Assembly: GCA_046536595.1 (NCBI GenBank)
Contig: JAWDMM010000003.1
Coordinates: 1,836 to 65,835, forward strand
Direction: 5' to 3'
DNA length: 64,000 bases
DNA from: Nitrososphaeria archaeon
GTDB taxonomy: Archaea; Thermoproteota; Nitrososphaeria; Conexivisphaerales; UBA164
The notes below the pieces were generated by a model, which saw nothing but the letters and a program-made list of their open reading frames with translations, did not search any database and was not told the DNA's origin. The position numbers and the translations under genes are program-made. Positions 18,844 to 28,707 of the stretch are shown one piece after another (within the stretch, counting starts at the first letter, position 1; each line of letters starts with the position of its first letter).

Positions 18844-19707
18844 GTGAAAAACTTGTCTATTTTAGATTCATTAGCAAAGTTTGCCCTTTCTAGAATAGGA
18901 CCAAACACATGGCTGTTTAAAATTTTCGGTGATCCTACTGAAGACATTAAAAAGGCATGGATTAACCTTACAGCTGACGAATACTCTTCCTTGATGTTTC
19001 TGATTTCGATCATAGCATCAGCTTTAAGCGCTGACATTTTGGCGCTATTGTTTGTATTTATAAGGATTCCCTGGTATATTGTCCCAACGGCTTTTGTTCT
19101 GGTTTTCTTTTTGAGCAACGCAACGTTTAGAGTTTACCCGATTTTTCTCAAATCAGAAATTTCAAGCAGTTTAAGCTTGAGGTTGCCTTATCTGGTAATA
19201 GAAATGGCCGCCCTATCAGACACCGGGATGACCATTGAAAAAATATTTGAAAGTATGTTAGCACTTGAGCCAGATAAGTATACTAGAAAGGTGCTGAGCT
19301 TTATAGTTAGAAACATCAAAATTTTTGGGATGGACATAACTCAATCTTTGGACGCAACGATTAAAAGATCCCCAAGCAGAGACTTTGCAGAGTTTATCCT
19401 TTCACTTAAGGGCGCGCTCATGACGGGTTCTGAAGTACGACATTTTCTTGCTGAATACTCTCAAAAGGTTATGATAGATAAAAAGATAAACCTAAGATAT
19501 CTTATAGAAAGGCTTAACATAATTGCTGAAGCTTTCACAACTCTTTTCGTGGTTCTGCCATCAGTTTTGCTGATCATGATACTGCTCTTCACAATGATCT
19601 CGTTTAAACCTTATTATTATGTATTTTTCCTGATCATAACATATGGGCTCATACCGTTAATGGGGATCTTCTTTATAATGTTGCTGGAGGCAACGAGGCC
19701 AAGATGA
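18844..19707 (+). CDS. Type II secretion F-domain / TadC-ArlJ-like membrane platform protein
   Basis: TM pairs flanking 'LPYLVIEMAALSDTGMTIEKIF', 'GMDITQSL...RSPSRDFAEFI'. Confidence 0.85.
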   Translation: MKNLSILDSLAKFALSRIGPNTWLFKIFGDPTEDIKKAWINLTADEYSSLMFLISIIASALSADILALLFVFIRIPWYIVPTAFVLVFFLSNATFRVYPIFLKSEISSSLSLRLPYLVIEMAALSDTGMTIEKIFESMLALEPDKYTRKVLSFIVRNIKIFGMDITQSLDATIKRSPSRDFAEFILSLKGALMTGSEVRHFLAEYSQKVMIDKKINLRYLIERLNIIAEAFTTLFVVLPSVLLIMILLFTMISFKPYYYVFFLIITYGLIPLMGIFFIMLLEATRPR

Positions 19708-20525
19708 ATAAAAAAGATATTCCGTTGCTGGCTGGCATATTTGCTGGCATCGTTATCATTCTGATTATACCGTTAAAGCGCATAGAAATAATGAGTTATC
19801 AGTTCGGCATGATACTCGGGATAACCCTGGCAGTTTCTGTTATGCCTTACGGCATAACAGTATACCTTCAGGAAAGGGAAAATTTAATATTGGACAAAGA
19901 TCTGCTGGATTATCTATCTCAGGTAGAAAGCTATGTAAAATCTGGGAAAAGTTTAATGTTCGTTATAACTTTACCAAAAAATGAAAGGAAGAAGCCATTA
20001 AGAAAAAGGCTTGAAGCGCTCGAGAGGATGCTTAACCTTGGAATGTCGCCCGATGATGCTTTAAACAGAATAGCTTTGTCTATGCCAACGCTGCTTTCAA
20101 AAGAAGCTTTTTCAATCATACACAGGCTGGTTGTGTACGGCGGCGACGTAAGTGGAGTGCTGGAATCAGTAAGAGAGCATCTTGGAGACCTTTATGCAAT
20201 TGAAAATGAAAAAAGAAGCGTCATGAGAAACTATGGAAGCATAATATACATTTCATTTTTTATCCTGCTGATCATAATAATATTTTTTATCAGGTTTTTC
20301 GTTAACAACACAAGCTCTTTTTCTGCTGTTTCCATGACTTCGCCTTTTAGCTCATTTTCAAACACCTCTACTGTTAAAAATCTAATTCTCCAATTCCTCA
20401 TTATTGAAGGTTTTGTTTCAGGTTTGATAACCGGAAAATTGATATCGGGGAAGACATCCTCAGGCTTGCTGCACTCAGCAGTAATGGTAATTCTTACGCT
20501 TTTTGTTTACTCAATATTTATATAA
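19704..20525 (+). CDS. Type II secretion F-domain / TadC-ArlJ-like membrane platform protein
   Basis: 'SYVKSGKSL', 'LGMSPDDAL', 'YGGDVSGVLE', 'IEGFVSGLITGK...SSGLLHS'. Confidence 0.85.
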   Translation: MNKKDIPLLAGIFAGIVIILIIPLKRIEIMSYQFGMILGITLAVSVMPYGITVYLQERENLILDKDLLDYLSQVESYVKSGKSLMFVITLPKNERKKPLRKRLEALERMLNLGMSPDDALNRIALSMPTLLSKEAFSIIHRLVVYGGDVSGVLESVREHLGDLYAIENEKRSVMRNYGSIIYISFFILLIIIIFFIRFFVNNTSSFSAVSMTSPFSSFSNTSTVKNLILQFLIIEGFVSGLITGKLISGKTSSGLLHSAVMVILTLFVYSIFI

Positions 20526-20569
20526 AATAGGTTAAAGGGAAAGCTGCGCTTTTTAATGCTGAGAGATGC

Positions 20570-21244
20570 TCAGGATTTGTGTATTCTAGAATGCCAGATG
20601 TAAGCTATTTCTCCGGTAAGCTTGTATACTTTAACGTTATTGAAACGCTCGAACATTTTTTTCCTAACAAATTCAGGGTTGAGATCCATTATACTGTTTG
20701 TAAGCCAGCGATAAGCCGGGTTGTTGTACAACCCTCCAACAAAATTCACCATTTTAAAGTAAACATAAAAAAAGGCCAGCACGAGCCCTTTTGTAGGCTT
20801 GGCAGTATCTAGCATGACAAGGTTTCCTTTTTCGTTTAGAACCCTTGCGCATTCATCAAAAACTTTGTCTATACCCACCTTTTTAAAGCTGCGTAAAGTG
20901 AAAGAAGATACTATAGTATCAAAAGCACCATCCCTGAACGGCATGTTTGTCGCTGTGCCTATTACAGGATCAGAAAAGCGTTGAAGCTTCTTTATGTTTT
21001 TTAATACCATACTCCTTGTTAAATCCAAACCAACTGGGAAAACACCTGTGTCCTGGTTAACGTTACTTGATAGGTAACCTGTACCAATTCCAAGGTCAAG
21101 TACAGACCTTGATTGGCTGAGAAAGTGTTTCGTAACGCTCCTCCTCCACAGCCTTACTAGCATAAAGCTGAAGAGATCGTTGAAGAAATCATACAGCTTT
21201 GATACGTTCTCAAACATGCTTTTTATTTCTTTTTCTGGGATCAT
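20570..21244 (-). CDS. UbiE/MenG-like SAM-dependent methyltransferase
   Basis: YDFFNDLFSF...WRR, VLDLGIGTG, MPFRDGAFD, RVLNEKG. Confidence 0.85.
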   Translation of the reverse strand: MIPEKEIKSMFENVSKLYDFFNDLFSFMLVRLWRRSVTKHFLSQSRSVLDLGIGTGYLSSNVNQDTGVFPVGLDLTRSMVLKNIKKLQRFSDPVIGTATNMPFRDGAFDTIVSSFTLRSFKKVGIDKVFDECARVLNEKGNLVMLDTAKPTKGLVLAFFYVYFKMVNFVGGLYNNPAYRWLTNSIMDLNPEFVRKKMFERFNNVKVYKLTGEIAYIWHSRIHKS

Positions 21245-21245
21245 T

Positions 21246-22016
21246 TTAAACGATCTCTATTTCAATCTCGTTTCCTGTCTTTAATTTTAAAAGATCAGAA
21301 GCGCTTCCCTGATTGAGAGCAAGTTCATAAAACCCAGAACTTCCAAAAACCATGCAAAGCCCCGTGCACTCTGAAAAAGTAGCTTTTATTTGCACGTTTC
21401 TGTTTTTTATCATTAACTTTTCACTAATACCATTTATGTGTTCTTTTTTTAAGTTTAAAACGATGTCGCCAAATTTATCAACGTGCAAAACAGTAGCTTT
21501 TATGTTATCTTTATTGACTGTGGGCTCAGGAAACAAATATTTTTCTTTAACTTCTGTATATTCCCCGAGTTCTTCAATGGGTATACCTTTAGAAAGGTAA
21601 GCCGCTGCAGGAGCAAAAACATCTCTGCCGTCAAACGTTCCATTTCTGTTTTTTAATATTACTTTTTCAGAAGCTATTTTTACTACATTTTCTATATGAT
21701 CTTCATACGCAGCTGGGTACAGAACGCCGTTGTCTGGTCCCACAAAAAAGTAATTTTTTGTTTTAATGGCTAACGGCTGTCTGCCGGTTCCAACCCCGGG
21801 ATCTACCACTACCAGAAAAATGGTTTCATCAGGAAAGTACTTATATGAAGCCCACAGTTGAAAAGCCGCATCCATTACAGAAAAACTTTTTGCAGATGTA
21901 ACAAGGTCTAGAATCAGCGCATCGCTGTTTATTTTAAGAATAACGCCTTTCATGATGCCGTTGTAATGTTCTTCTACTCCAAAATCAGTAAGCAAAGCTA
22001 TAGCCCTTTTTACCAT
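21246..22016 (-). CDS. SAM hydroxide adenosyltransferase (DUF62 / chlorinase family)
   Basis: LLTDFG, VVDPGVGT, GPDNG, TFDGRDVFAP, DKFGD. Confidence 0.92.
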   Translation of the reverse strand: MVKRAIALLTDFGVEEHYNGIMKGVILKINSDALILDLVTSAKSFSVMDAAFQLWASYKYFPDETIFLVVVDPGVGTGRQPLAIKTKNYFFVGPDNGVLYPAAYEDHIENVVKIASEKVILKNRNGTFDGRDVFAPAAAYLSKGIPIEELGEYTEVKEKYLFPEPTVNKDNIKATVLHVDKFGDIVLNLKKEHINGISEKLMIKNRNVQIKATFSECTGLCMVFGSSGFYELALNQGSASDLLKLKTGNEIEIEIV

Positions 22017-22107
22017 AAAACGACATTAAAGCTGCAATTAATTAACTTTTTCAGCGCATTGCCCATCGACAGTTAAGTTTTTAAACTCACACGCAAACTC
22101 ATTTTCA

Positions 22108-23022
22108 ATGAAAGATTTCCTTTCTATAACTGATCTTTCAAAAGAGGAAATCAAAGAAGTATGGTCTATGACAAATAAACTCAAATCTAACCCGTATAAT
22201 GAGTTGTTAAAAGGGAAAAACATACTTTTGCTTTTTGAAAAGCCATCTACAAGAACACGCGTAAGCTTTGAAGTCGGAATAAACCAGATGGGAGGCAGTC
22301 CCATTTATATGGACGCCTCTACATCTCAATTATCAAGGGGTGAATCAATAGAGGATACAGGTCATACTTTAGAGAGATACGTTGATATGATAGTGGCCAG
22401 GGTGTACAGGCATGAAGATTTGATCAAGCTTGCAATGAACTTCAGCAAGCCAGTAATCAACGCCCTTTCAGATTTAGAGCATCCAGCACAGATACTGGCT
22501 GACTATTATACAATAAACGAAAAGTTCGGTAAAGTGGAAGGGTTAAAGTTAGCGTTCATAGGTGATGGTCAGAACAACGTAGCTAATTCCCTTATACTTG
22601 GAGCTGCAATTTTAGGATTAAAGGTAGTAATCGCATCGCCTTCAAAATATCAGCCAAAACAGGCCATAATAAGTCTTGCAGAAGAAATAAGAAAGGGGAC
22701 TGTAGAGGTTACAGAGGACCCGGTCAAAGCTGTATCTGACGCTGATATAATATATACTGATGTGTTTACGAGCATGGGGCAGGAAAAAGAAAAAGAAGAA
22801 AGGATCAAAGCATTTCTCCCTAAGTACCAGGTAAACAATGAACTTTTATCAAAAGCTCCAAAGCACTCTCTCTTCATGCATTGTTTGCCAGCACATTATG
22901 GAGAAGAAGTAACAAAAGACGTGATTTATGGTCCAAAATCGATAGTGTTTGATCAGGCCGAAAACAGGTTGCATGTGCAGAAAGGGTTGCTGCTTAAGAT
23001 GTTTAAAATAAGCTTAAAATGA
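22108..23022 (+). CDS. argF: Ornithine carbamoyltransferase
   Basis: FEKPSTRTR, HPAQILAD, YTDVFTSMG, HCLP, QAENR. Confidence 0.96.
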   Translation: MKDFLSITDLSKEEIKEVWSMTNKLKSNPYNELLKGKNILLLFEKPSTRTRVSFEVGINQMGGSPIYMDASTSQLSRGESIEDTGHTLERYVDMIVARVYRHEDLIKLAMNFSKPVINALSDLEHPAQILADYYTINEKFGKVEGLKLAFIGDGQNNVANSLILGAAILGLKVVIASPSKYQPKQAIISLAEEIRKGTVEVTEDPVKAVSDADIIYTDVFTSMGQEKEKEERIKAFLPKYQVNNELLSKAPKHSLFMHCLPAHYGEEVTKDVIYGPKSIVFDQAENRLHVQKGLLLKMFKISLK

Positions 23023-23047
23023 CTGGAAAAGCATAATATAGGTAAAA

Positions 23048-23055
23048 TTTATAAA
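23048..23055 (+). promoter_or_regulatory. TATA box of the tRNA-Lys gene
   Basis: TTTATAAA preceded by purine-rich GGTAAAA, ending 24 nt before the mature tRNA 5' end. Confidence 0.6.
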
Positions 23056-23078
23056 AACACCGCGTAATACTTTCAGAT

Positions 23079-23152
23079 GGGCCTGTAGCTCAGCCAGGCA
23101 GAGCGGCTGGCTCTTAACCAGTAGGTCGAGGGTTCGAATCCCTCCAGGCCCG
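23079..23152 (+). tRNA. tRNA-Lys(CTT), no intron, CCA not encoded
   Basis: Acceptor GGGCCTG/CAGGCCC, D-arm TAGCTCAG, anticodon loop CT-CTT-AA, T-arm GGTTCGAATCC. T-rich tract follows. Confidence 0.96.
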
Positions 23153-23306
23153 ATAGTTTTTTATTTTTATGTTAAATCGTAAAAAATTGTGCTGGTCTTA
23201 GAAAGTTATAAAAAGTTGTTAATGAAGCTGAAAATATGTCTCAGTGTATATATAAAGCTAGAAATTGATTAAAAAAGTTTATAAAAACAACATTAAAGAA
23301 TACTGT

Positions 23307-23945
23307 ATGAAAATTTCAGCCGTTCTTTTCGATCTAGATGGGACAATAACAGATAGCGCGCCGAACTTGATGTTTTCTTGGGCATCTGCTCTTTCTGAAA
23401 TTGGTATAAATGTAAAACCTGAAGACTTAAAAAAATTTGTTGGATTATCACCAAAGGTTATAGTTTCAAAATTTATACCAGATCCAAGTGATGAACTAAT
23501 TGAAAAACTAAAAGAAAGAAGAAAGATGTACTTTAAAATGAACATACATCGCGTAAAACTTTTTGATGATGCAGTTGAACTTTTAAATCATCTGAATCGG
23601 GTCAGAATAAAGGCTGCTCTGGCAACCAGCATGGGAAGGGATATGCTGATTGATATAATTCAGTACTTCGATCTTGACAGGTACCTTTGCTGCTGGGTAA
23701 GCGCCGAAGACGTAAAAAATCCAAAACCCGCACCAGACGTGTTCTTAAAAGCGCTCGAACTTACAGGAGCAAAAAAGGATCTATCTCTGGGGGTAGGGGA
23801 CAGAGAGTATGATATTATAGCGCTTAAAAAGGCCGGAATAAAGTCTGCCCTTGTTAAAAGAGATGAATTTAGCGTGTGCAGCACAGTTACTCCGGACATA
23901 ACGGTTAACAGATTGAGCGAGCTTATTCCTTTAATAGAGCCCTAG
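23307..23945 (+). CDS. HAD superfamily hydrolase (phosphoglycolate phosphatase-like); ATG at 23307 preferred
   Basis: FDLDGT, KPAPD, VGDREYD motifs. Confidence 0.9.
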   Translation: MKISAVLFDLDGTITDSAPNLMFSWASALSEIGINVKPEDLKKFVGLSPKVIVSKFIPDPSDELIEKLKERRKMYFKMNIHRVKLFDDAVELLNHLNRVRIKAALATSMGRDMLIDIIQYFDLDRYLCCWVSAEDVKNPKPAPDVFLKALELTGAKKDLSLGVGDREYDIIALKKAGIKSALVKRDEFSVCSTVTPDITVNRLSELIPLIEP

Positions 23946-25241
23946 ATTGACTGAAACTTCTTCTACTTTAGCTTTGGCATATTCAACGAGCTTTTCAACA
24001 TTAACGATCCTGTAACTTTCCTTATCTATGATCCCCTGTTCGCTCATTTCGTTCAGTATCCTTTCTAAGTTCTTTTCATCGAGTCCAAATAAGCTTATGA
24101 CAGACTTTTTAAAATCCTCATTGTACCCATCTTTCAGCAGCATAATGGTTGCGGCAAGAGAAGCCACGGGTTCCACATTCTCATCTTTTTGGAACTTCTT
24201 TACAAATTCTTCTCTTGTAGCGTCGAGAATGGCTTTAGTCAGGTCCGGCACTATGCAGAAAACTTCCGAGTCTTTTCCCGAAATCTCGGCCCTGTTCAGG
24301 CTTGCGAGATAACTCGCCGTAAGCTCGTACAACGTGTTATAAAGCATTTCAGAAATCGAATCGCTGTAAAGTATAAAATCTGCAAAGAGCGCCAGTTTTG
24401 GTGGAAGCTGTGAGGTAAGAAGCTTTTCACATGCGTTTTTTCCTTTTACAGCACACGGTATATGATGTACTTTGGTTGTCGCCTCTCTGGTTAGCATGCA
24501 ACAGTTAGGATAGTTAGCGTAAATGCTGCTGTGCGAAACAGCGTAAGCTGCAAGATATGCGGTTGCCGGATCATGTCTGTCTAGCCACATGCCCACTATA
24601 GACTGTTTAGCAGTAAACATTTCTTCTGAAAGTTTTTGAGCCAGTTCTATACCAAGAGGAGTAAGCGAATAAACATACAGGTATTCCTCGTTTGATGGAG
24701 CTATATAGTTTAACTGTACAAGATCTAAATCCTCAGCTACTTTTACGAACTTTTCTCTAGTAAACGTTGTATCGCTTTTAAACGAAGTTTTTTTAACCAG
24801 CATCCTTCCAGTAGCGTAAAACTTTATCAAAGTATTTTCAAACTGAGAAAGGTTACTGCCAAGCGCCACTTCACTTATCCTTCTTAATGCTTCAAGGCTG
24901 ACCTCTTTAGGCCTGAGGTATTCTTTGTAACTTTTTTCAAAAAGAAGCTTTTCATTGCCGATTTTTAGGTAGCTTCTGACATATTCTTCTAAATATGATA
25001 TATCGATGTTTGTTATGCCGTTTTCTATGTAAAACTTGGGTATTCCCCAGGTTACTTTTATCATTTTATCTTTGAAGTTTTGGCATTCTTTATCTAACAT
25101 TATAAAGATTTCAGAAGCTTGACCTTTTATAACGAGGCCTTTGCAGCTTTCAGAAACAATTTCTTGCACGTTAAAATTATAATAATGTGCTAGATCATTT
25201 ATGTAGCTTTTGAGCAAATCTTCCCAAACTGAGGATTGCAT
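23931..25241 (-). CDS. Hypothetical protein, 436 aa, possible winged-helix segments
   Basis: Long intact ORF with no recognisable family. 'YSLTPLGIELAQKL' and 'LERILNEMSEQGIID' resemble wHTH wings and helices. Confidence 0.6.
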   Translation of the reverse strand: MQSSVWEDLLKSYINDLAHYYNFNVQEIVSESCKGLVIKGQASEIFIMLDKECQNFKDKMIKVTWGIPKFYIENGITNIDISYLEEYVRSYLKIGNEKLLFEKSYKEYLRPKEVSLEALRRISEVALGSNLSQFENTLIKFYATGRMLVKKTSFKSDTTFTREKFVKVAEDLDLVQLNYIAPSNEEYLYVYSLTPLGIELAQKLSEEMFTAKQSIVGMWLDRHDPATAYLAAYAVSHSSIYANYPNCCMLTREATTKVHHIPCAVKGKNACEKLLTSQLPPKLALFADFILYSDSISEMLYNTLYELTASYLASLNRAEISGKDSEVFCIVPDLTKAILDATREEFVKKFQKDENVEPVASLAATIMLLKDGYNEDFKKSVISLFGLDEKNLERILNEMSEQGIIDKESYRIVNVEKLVEYAKAKVEEVSVNLGLY

Positions 25242-25290
25242 TGATATACTTTCAAGCTGTTAAATTATAATCTTTCCTAAAAAACTTCAA

Positions 25291-25541
25291 CTTTATGGGG
25301 GTTAAGGGGGCGGAAGTCCCCTTTCTCAAGCTCTAAATAGTCCCTTATACAAATATTTTTAAACACTTTAGCACATTATCTTTAAAATACCGGTGTCCAA
25401 ACCTGAAAATAATGCAGGTATCGGAGAAAAATCTTTTTAGAAGGAAATTGCAGGAAGCCAGAACATATGAGTTGAAGATTTAAAAGAGCCAACGTGGCAT
25501 ATAAGCTGGAAGCCCTGGCTGCAAAGGTTGTGGTAGTTTAC
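25291..25541 (+). mobile_element. Diverged copy (E3) of the IS200/IS605 mini-element
   Basis: TTCAA | CTTTATGGGGGTTAAGGGGGCGGAAGTCCCCTT, then TAAATAGTCCCTTATACAAATATTTTTA (cf. E2 TAAATAGCCCCTATAGAAACGTTTTTA). Ends GGAAGCCCTGG...GGTAGTTTAC. Length similar to E1/E2. Confidence 0.65.
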
Positions 25542-25599
25542 AAAAATAGGAACATTTAGAAAACTTTTAAAATGCGCCAAAATCATATTTCTTGTTGTC

Positions 25600-26154
25600 A
25601 TGGAATTTATAAAAACGATTAAAGTTAATAAAGACAGGATTGGCGTCATTATAGGTAAAAACGGTGAAGAAAAGAAGTTTATCGAAGATACCTTTAAAGT
25701 TAAGCTTCAGATTGACAGCGAGTCAAACGAAGTAGAGGTCCTGGCTACAGATGCAAACTCTGACCCTTTTACAGCATCAATCTACATCGAAGCCCTAGGA
25801 AGAGGTTTTTCACCTGAAAGAGCATCCGACCTCCTTAAAGAAGGATACACCATGGTTGTGATAAACCTTAGGGACTACGCAGGTACAAGGAATTCATTGA
25901 TAAGGATCAGATCAAGAATAATAGGGACTAATGGGTCAGCTAGAAAGAGGGTGGAACAACTGACCGACACAAAGATTTCCGTCTACGGTGATCACATAGC
26001 TATAATCGGAAAACCGGATGATGTTAAGATAGCTGCAGATGCCGTCATGGACCTTATAAAAGGGGCCAGGCACGTGAGCGTTTTTAACAAGCTGCAGAGA
26101 ATCAGAACGATCTTGAAGAAAGACCGCTTAAAGCTCTGGGAGAACGAAGCATGA
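25600..26154 (+). CDS. KH-domain RNA-processing protein (Pno1/Dim2-like)
   Basis: RIGVIIGKNG, ALGRGFSPERA, RIIGTNG. Conserved position upstream of top6B. Confidence 0.92.
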   Translation: MEFIKTIKVNKDRIGVIIGKNGEEKKFIEDTFKVKLQIDSESNEVEVLATDANSDPFTASIYIEALGRGFSPERASDLLKEGYTMVVINLRDYAGTRNSLIRIRSRIIGTNGSARKRVEQLTDTKISVYGDHIAIIGKPDDVKIAADAVMDLIKGARHVSVFNKLQRIRTILKKDRLKLWENEA

Positions 26155-27650
26155 TTTCATTTAAAGAAATTTCACCCAGCGAATTTTTTTACCAGCACAG
26201 GGAACTGGCTGGTTTCAGCAACCCTGCTAGGGCTCTTTATTCAGCTATTAGAGAGCTTGTAGAAAATTCGCTTGACGCCTGCGACGGTTACGGGATTCTA
26301 CCAGATGTTCTTATAAGAATAACAGAAAAAGAACCTTCACCCTCTGATATTAAAGAATTTGAGATCTATATAAAAGACAACGGAATAGGCATACCTCCAG
26401 AAAGGCTTCCAAGAGCTCTGGGAAAAGTTTTCTACGGCTCAAAGTTTACGTTAAAACAGTCCAGAGGAACTTTCGGAATGGGAGGAACGATGAGCATCCT
26501 TTATGCACAGATAACCACCAACAAGCCTTTGCGGGTATGGAGCAACACAGGTAACGGGGAAACACATTACTTTGAGCTCATGATAGATATTGAAAACAAC
26601 AAACCGATGGTTTTAAAGCATAAAAAATTCTCACCCGAGAACTGGAGAGGGACGGCTATCAAAATTAACATGCTGGGAGACTACGTTAGGAGTTCCCAAA
26701 AGATTCAGGAATATTTTAGAAGATTGGCTCTGTTTACACCATATGCAAACATAGTCTTTGAAGACCCGAACGGGGAAGTTTTCGCTTTTAAGAGGAGCGT
26801 TGACAAAGTTCCGCCTCCCCCGCGAGAGGTCCAGCCACATCCAAAAGGAGTTGATCTAGAATTGTTAAGAAGAGTTGTTCAGAGATCAACATCGAAGACA
26901 GCTTTGAGCTTGCTTACAAACAGCTTTCAGAGGGTCGGAAGGAAAACAGCGCTTGAAATACTGAAGATGGCTAACGTGGATCCAAACAAACGTCCCTCAG
27001 AACTTAAAATGGAAGAAATGATGAACATTATCAACGCAATGAAAACATACGAAAAGTTTTTGCCGCCTGACCCTTCTTGTCTTTCTCCTCTCGGTAAAGA
27101 GCTTATAGGAGAAGGTATTAAGAAGGAGCTTAACCCACAGTTCGTATATGCGTTATCAAGGAAACCGTCATCTTATGAGGGTTATCCGTTTATAGTAGAA
27201 GCCGCAGTGGCGTCTGATAAAACGCCCGGAATCAAAGTTTTAAGGTATGCAAACAGGATACCTCTTCTTTATGATGAAAAGAGTGACGTGGTATGGAAGT
27301 TGCTTAATGAAGAAATAGATTTGAAACGTTATAAGATAGATGAAGATGAACCAGTTATGATTCTTACTCACATATGTTCAACAAAAGTTCCTTACAAAAC
27401 TGTTGGAAAAGAGTTTGTTGCCGATATACCAGAAGTTGAAAAAGAAATGAAGCTCGCACTCCAAAAAGTGCTCAGGGAATACTCTTTGTTCATAGGTAAA
27501 AAGGTAAAAATTGAAGCACAAAAAAAGAAAAAGAACGTCTATGAGCTTTATCTACCTATGATAGCTAAATTTGCAGCTTTGCTGGGGGAAACGAAAACCC
27601 CGAACGTTTCTGGATTGATAGATTCTGTAAAGGTTGTTGACATTGAATAG
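26151..27650 (+). CDS. top6B: DNA topoisomerase VI subunit B
   Basis: ELVENSLDAC, DNGIG, QSRGTFGMG (GHKL), RYANRIPL. Confidence 0.97.
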   Translation: MISFKEISPSEFFYQHRELAGFSNPARALYSAIRELVENSLDACDGYGILPDVLIRITEKEPSPSDIKEFEIYIKDNGIGIPPERLPRALGKVFYGSKFTLKQSRGTFGMGGTMSILYAQITTNKPLRVWSNTGNGETHYFELMIDIENNKPMVLKHKKFSPENWRGTAIKINMLGDYVRSSQKIQEYFRRLALFTPYANIVFEDPNGEVFAFKRSVDKVPPPPREVQPHPKGVDLELLRRVVQRSTSKTALSLLTNSFQRVGRKTALEILKMANVDPNKRPSELKMEEMMNIINAMKTYEKFLPPDPSCLSPLGKELIGEGIKKELNPQFVYALSRKPSSYEGYPFIVEAAVASDKTPGIKVLRYANRIPLLYDEKSDVVWKLLNEEIDLKRYKIDEDEPVMILTHICSTKVPYKTVGKEFVADIPEVEKEMKLALQKVLREYSLFIGKKVKIEAQKKKKNVYELYLPMIAKFAALLGETKTPNVSGLIDSVKVVDIE

Positions 27651-28707
27651 GAAGCAGGAAGCGTTCAAAAGGTTAACGGCGATCGGGAAAAGAGTTGTAG
27701 ATGACATAAAAAACAACAGGTTTCCGGCCTTAGAAATACCAAGCCGTTCGGTCGACAATATAATATATGATACTAAGCTTAGACAGTATGTTCTTGGGGA
27801 TGAAAAAATTGTGAGAAATACAAAAAACATAAAACATCTGAGAGCTTTTGCACAGCTTTTATGGATAGCTTATTTCAGTAAGGAGCTCCTTAAGAACAAC
27901 AAAACATCAACTTTAAGAGATATTTATTATTCTGCACAGGCTTATCGCATAGACTTTGAGGACCAGGACGAGTCTGATGAAATGATAACAGAACTCGAAA
28001 GCATAGTTAAAATGCCCCGTGAAGATTTTAACATATACCCGGAAGAAAGAAGCGCCATCTTTGGAGATCTTACCATAGAATACACTGTTCCGGGTTACGA
28101 AGGAAAAACGCTTGTTTTAACAACTCATCCAGACGGCGTCATGATAGGGCCTGCTCTGACAACAGCCAATTTTATAAAAACATCAGCTGACAAAGTTATA
28201 GTTATAGAAAAAGGAGCTCTTTTTACGAGATTTATAGAGGAAAAGGTTTACGAAAAATACAGATCCATTCTTATAGCAACTGCGGGACAGGCGCCAAGAA
28301 GTACCAGATACTTGATAAGAAGGTTAAACAGGGAGCTTGGGTTGCCAGTTTATATATTTACTGATGCTGACCCGTGGGGGATGCACATAGCAATGGTAAT
28401 TATATCTGGTTCTGCGAATGCGGCTCATGTCACAGATCTGGTAACTCCGGACGCAAAGTGGGCTGGGGTTTGGGCTTCCGATATAACATCTTATAAACTG
28501 CCTAGTGACCCCCTTACTGACATAGACGTTAAGAGGCTTTATGAATTGAGAGATGATCCAAGGTATAACGAAGAAATATGGAAGAGGGAAATTGATGAAT
28601 TTTTACGCATAAAGAAAAAATCAGAACAAGAAGCTTTCGCTAGGTACGGATTAACTTATATAGTAGACAGATATTTACCTACTAAGTTAAAGGAGATGGA
28701 AAAATGA
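27634..28707 (+). CDS. top6A: DNA topoisomerase VI subunit A
   Basis: TLRDIYY (catalytic Tyr), VIEKG, FTDADPWG toprim, KKKSEQEA. Confidence 0.97.
   Translation: MLTLNRKQEAFKRLTAIGKRVVDDIKNNRFPALEIPSRSVDNIIYDTKLRQYVLGDEKIVRNTKNIKHLRAFAQLLWIAYFSKELLKNNKTSTLRDIYYSAQAYRIDFEDQDESDEMITELESIVKMPREDFNIYPEERSAIFGDLTIEYTVPGYEGKTLVLTTHPDGVMIGPALTTANFIKTSADKVIVIEKGALFTRFIEEKVYEKYRSILIATAGQAPRSTRYLIRRLNRELGLPVYIFTDADPWGMHIAMVIISGSANAAHVTDLVTPDAKWAGVWASDITSYKLPSDPLTDIDVKRLYELRDDPRYNEEIWKREIDEFLRIKKKSEQEAFARYGLTYIVDRYLPTKLKEMEK

Noticed and set aside
23079-25541. Possible integrated element (att site) at tRNA-Lys
   Set aside because: I found no duplicate of the tRNA 3' end and no integrase in the window.
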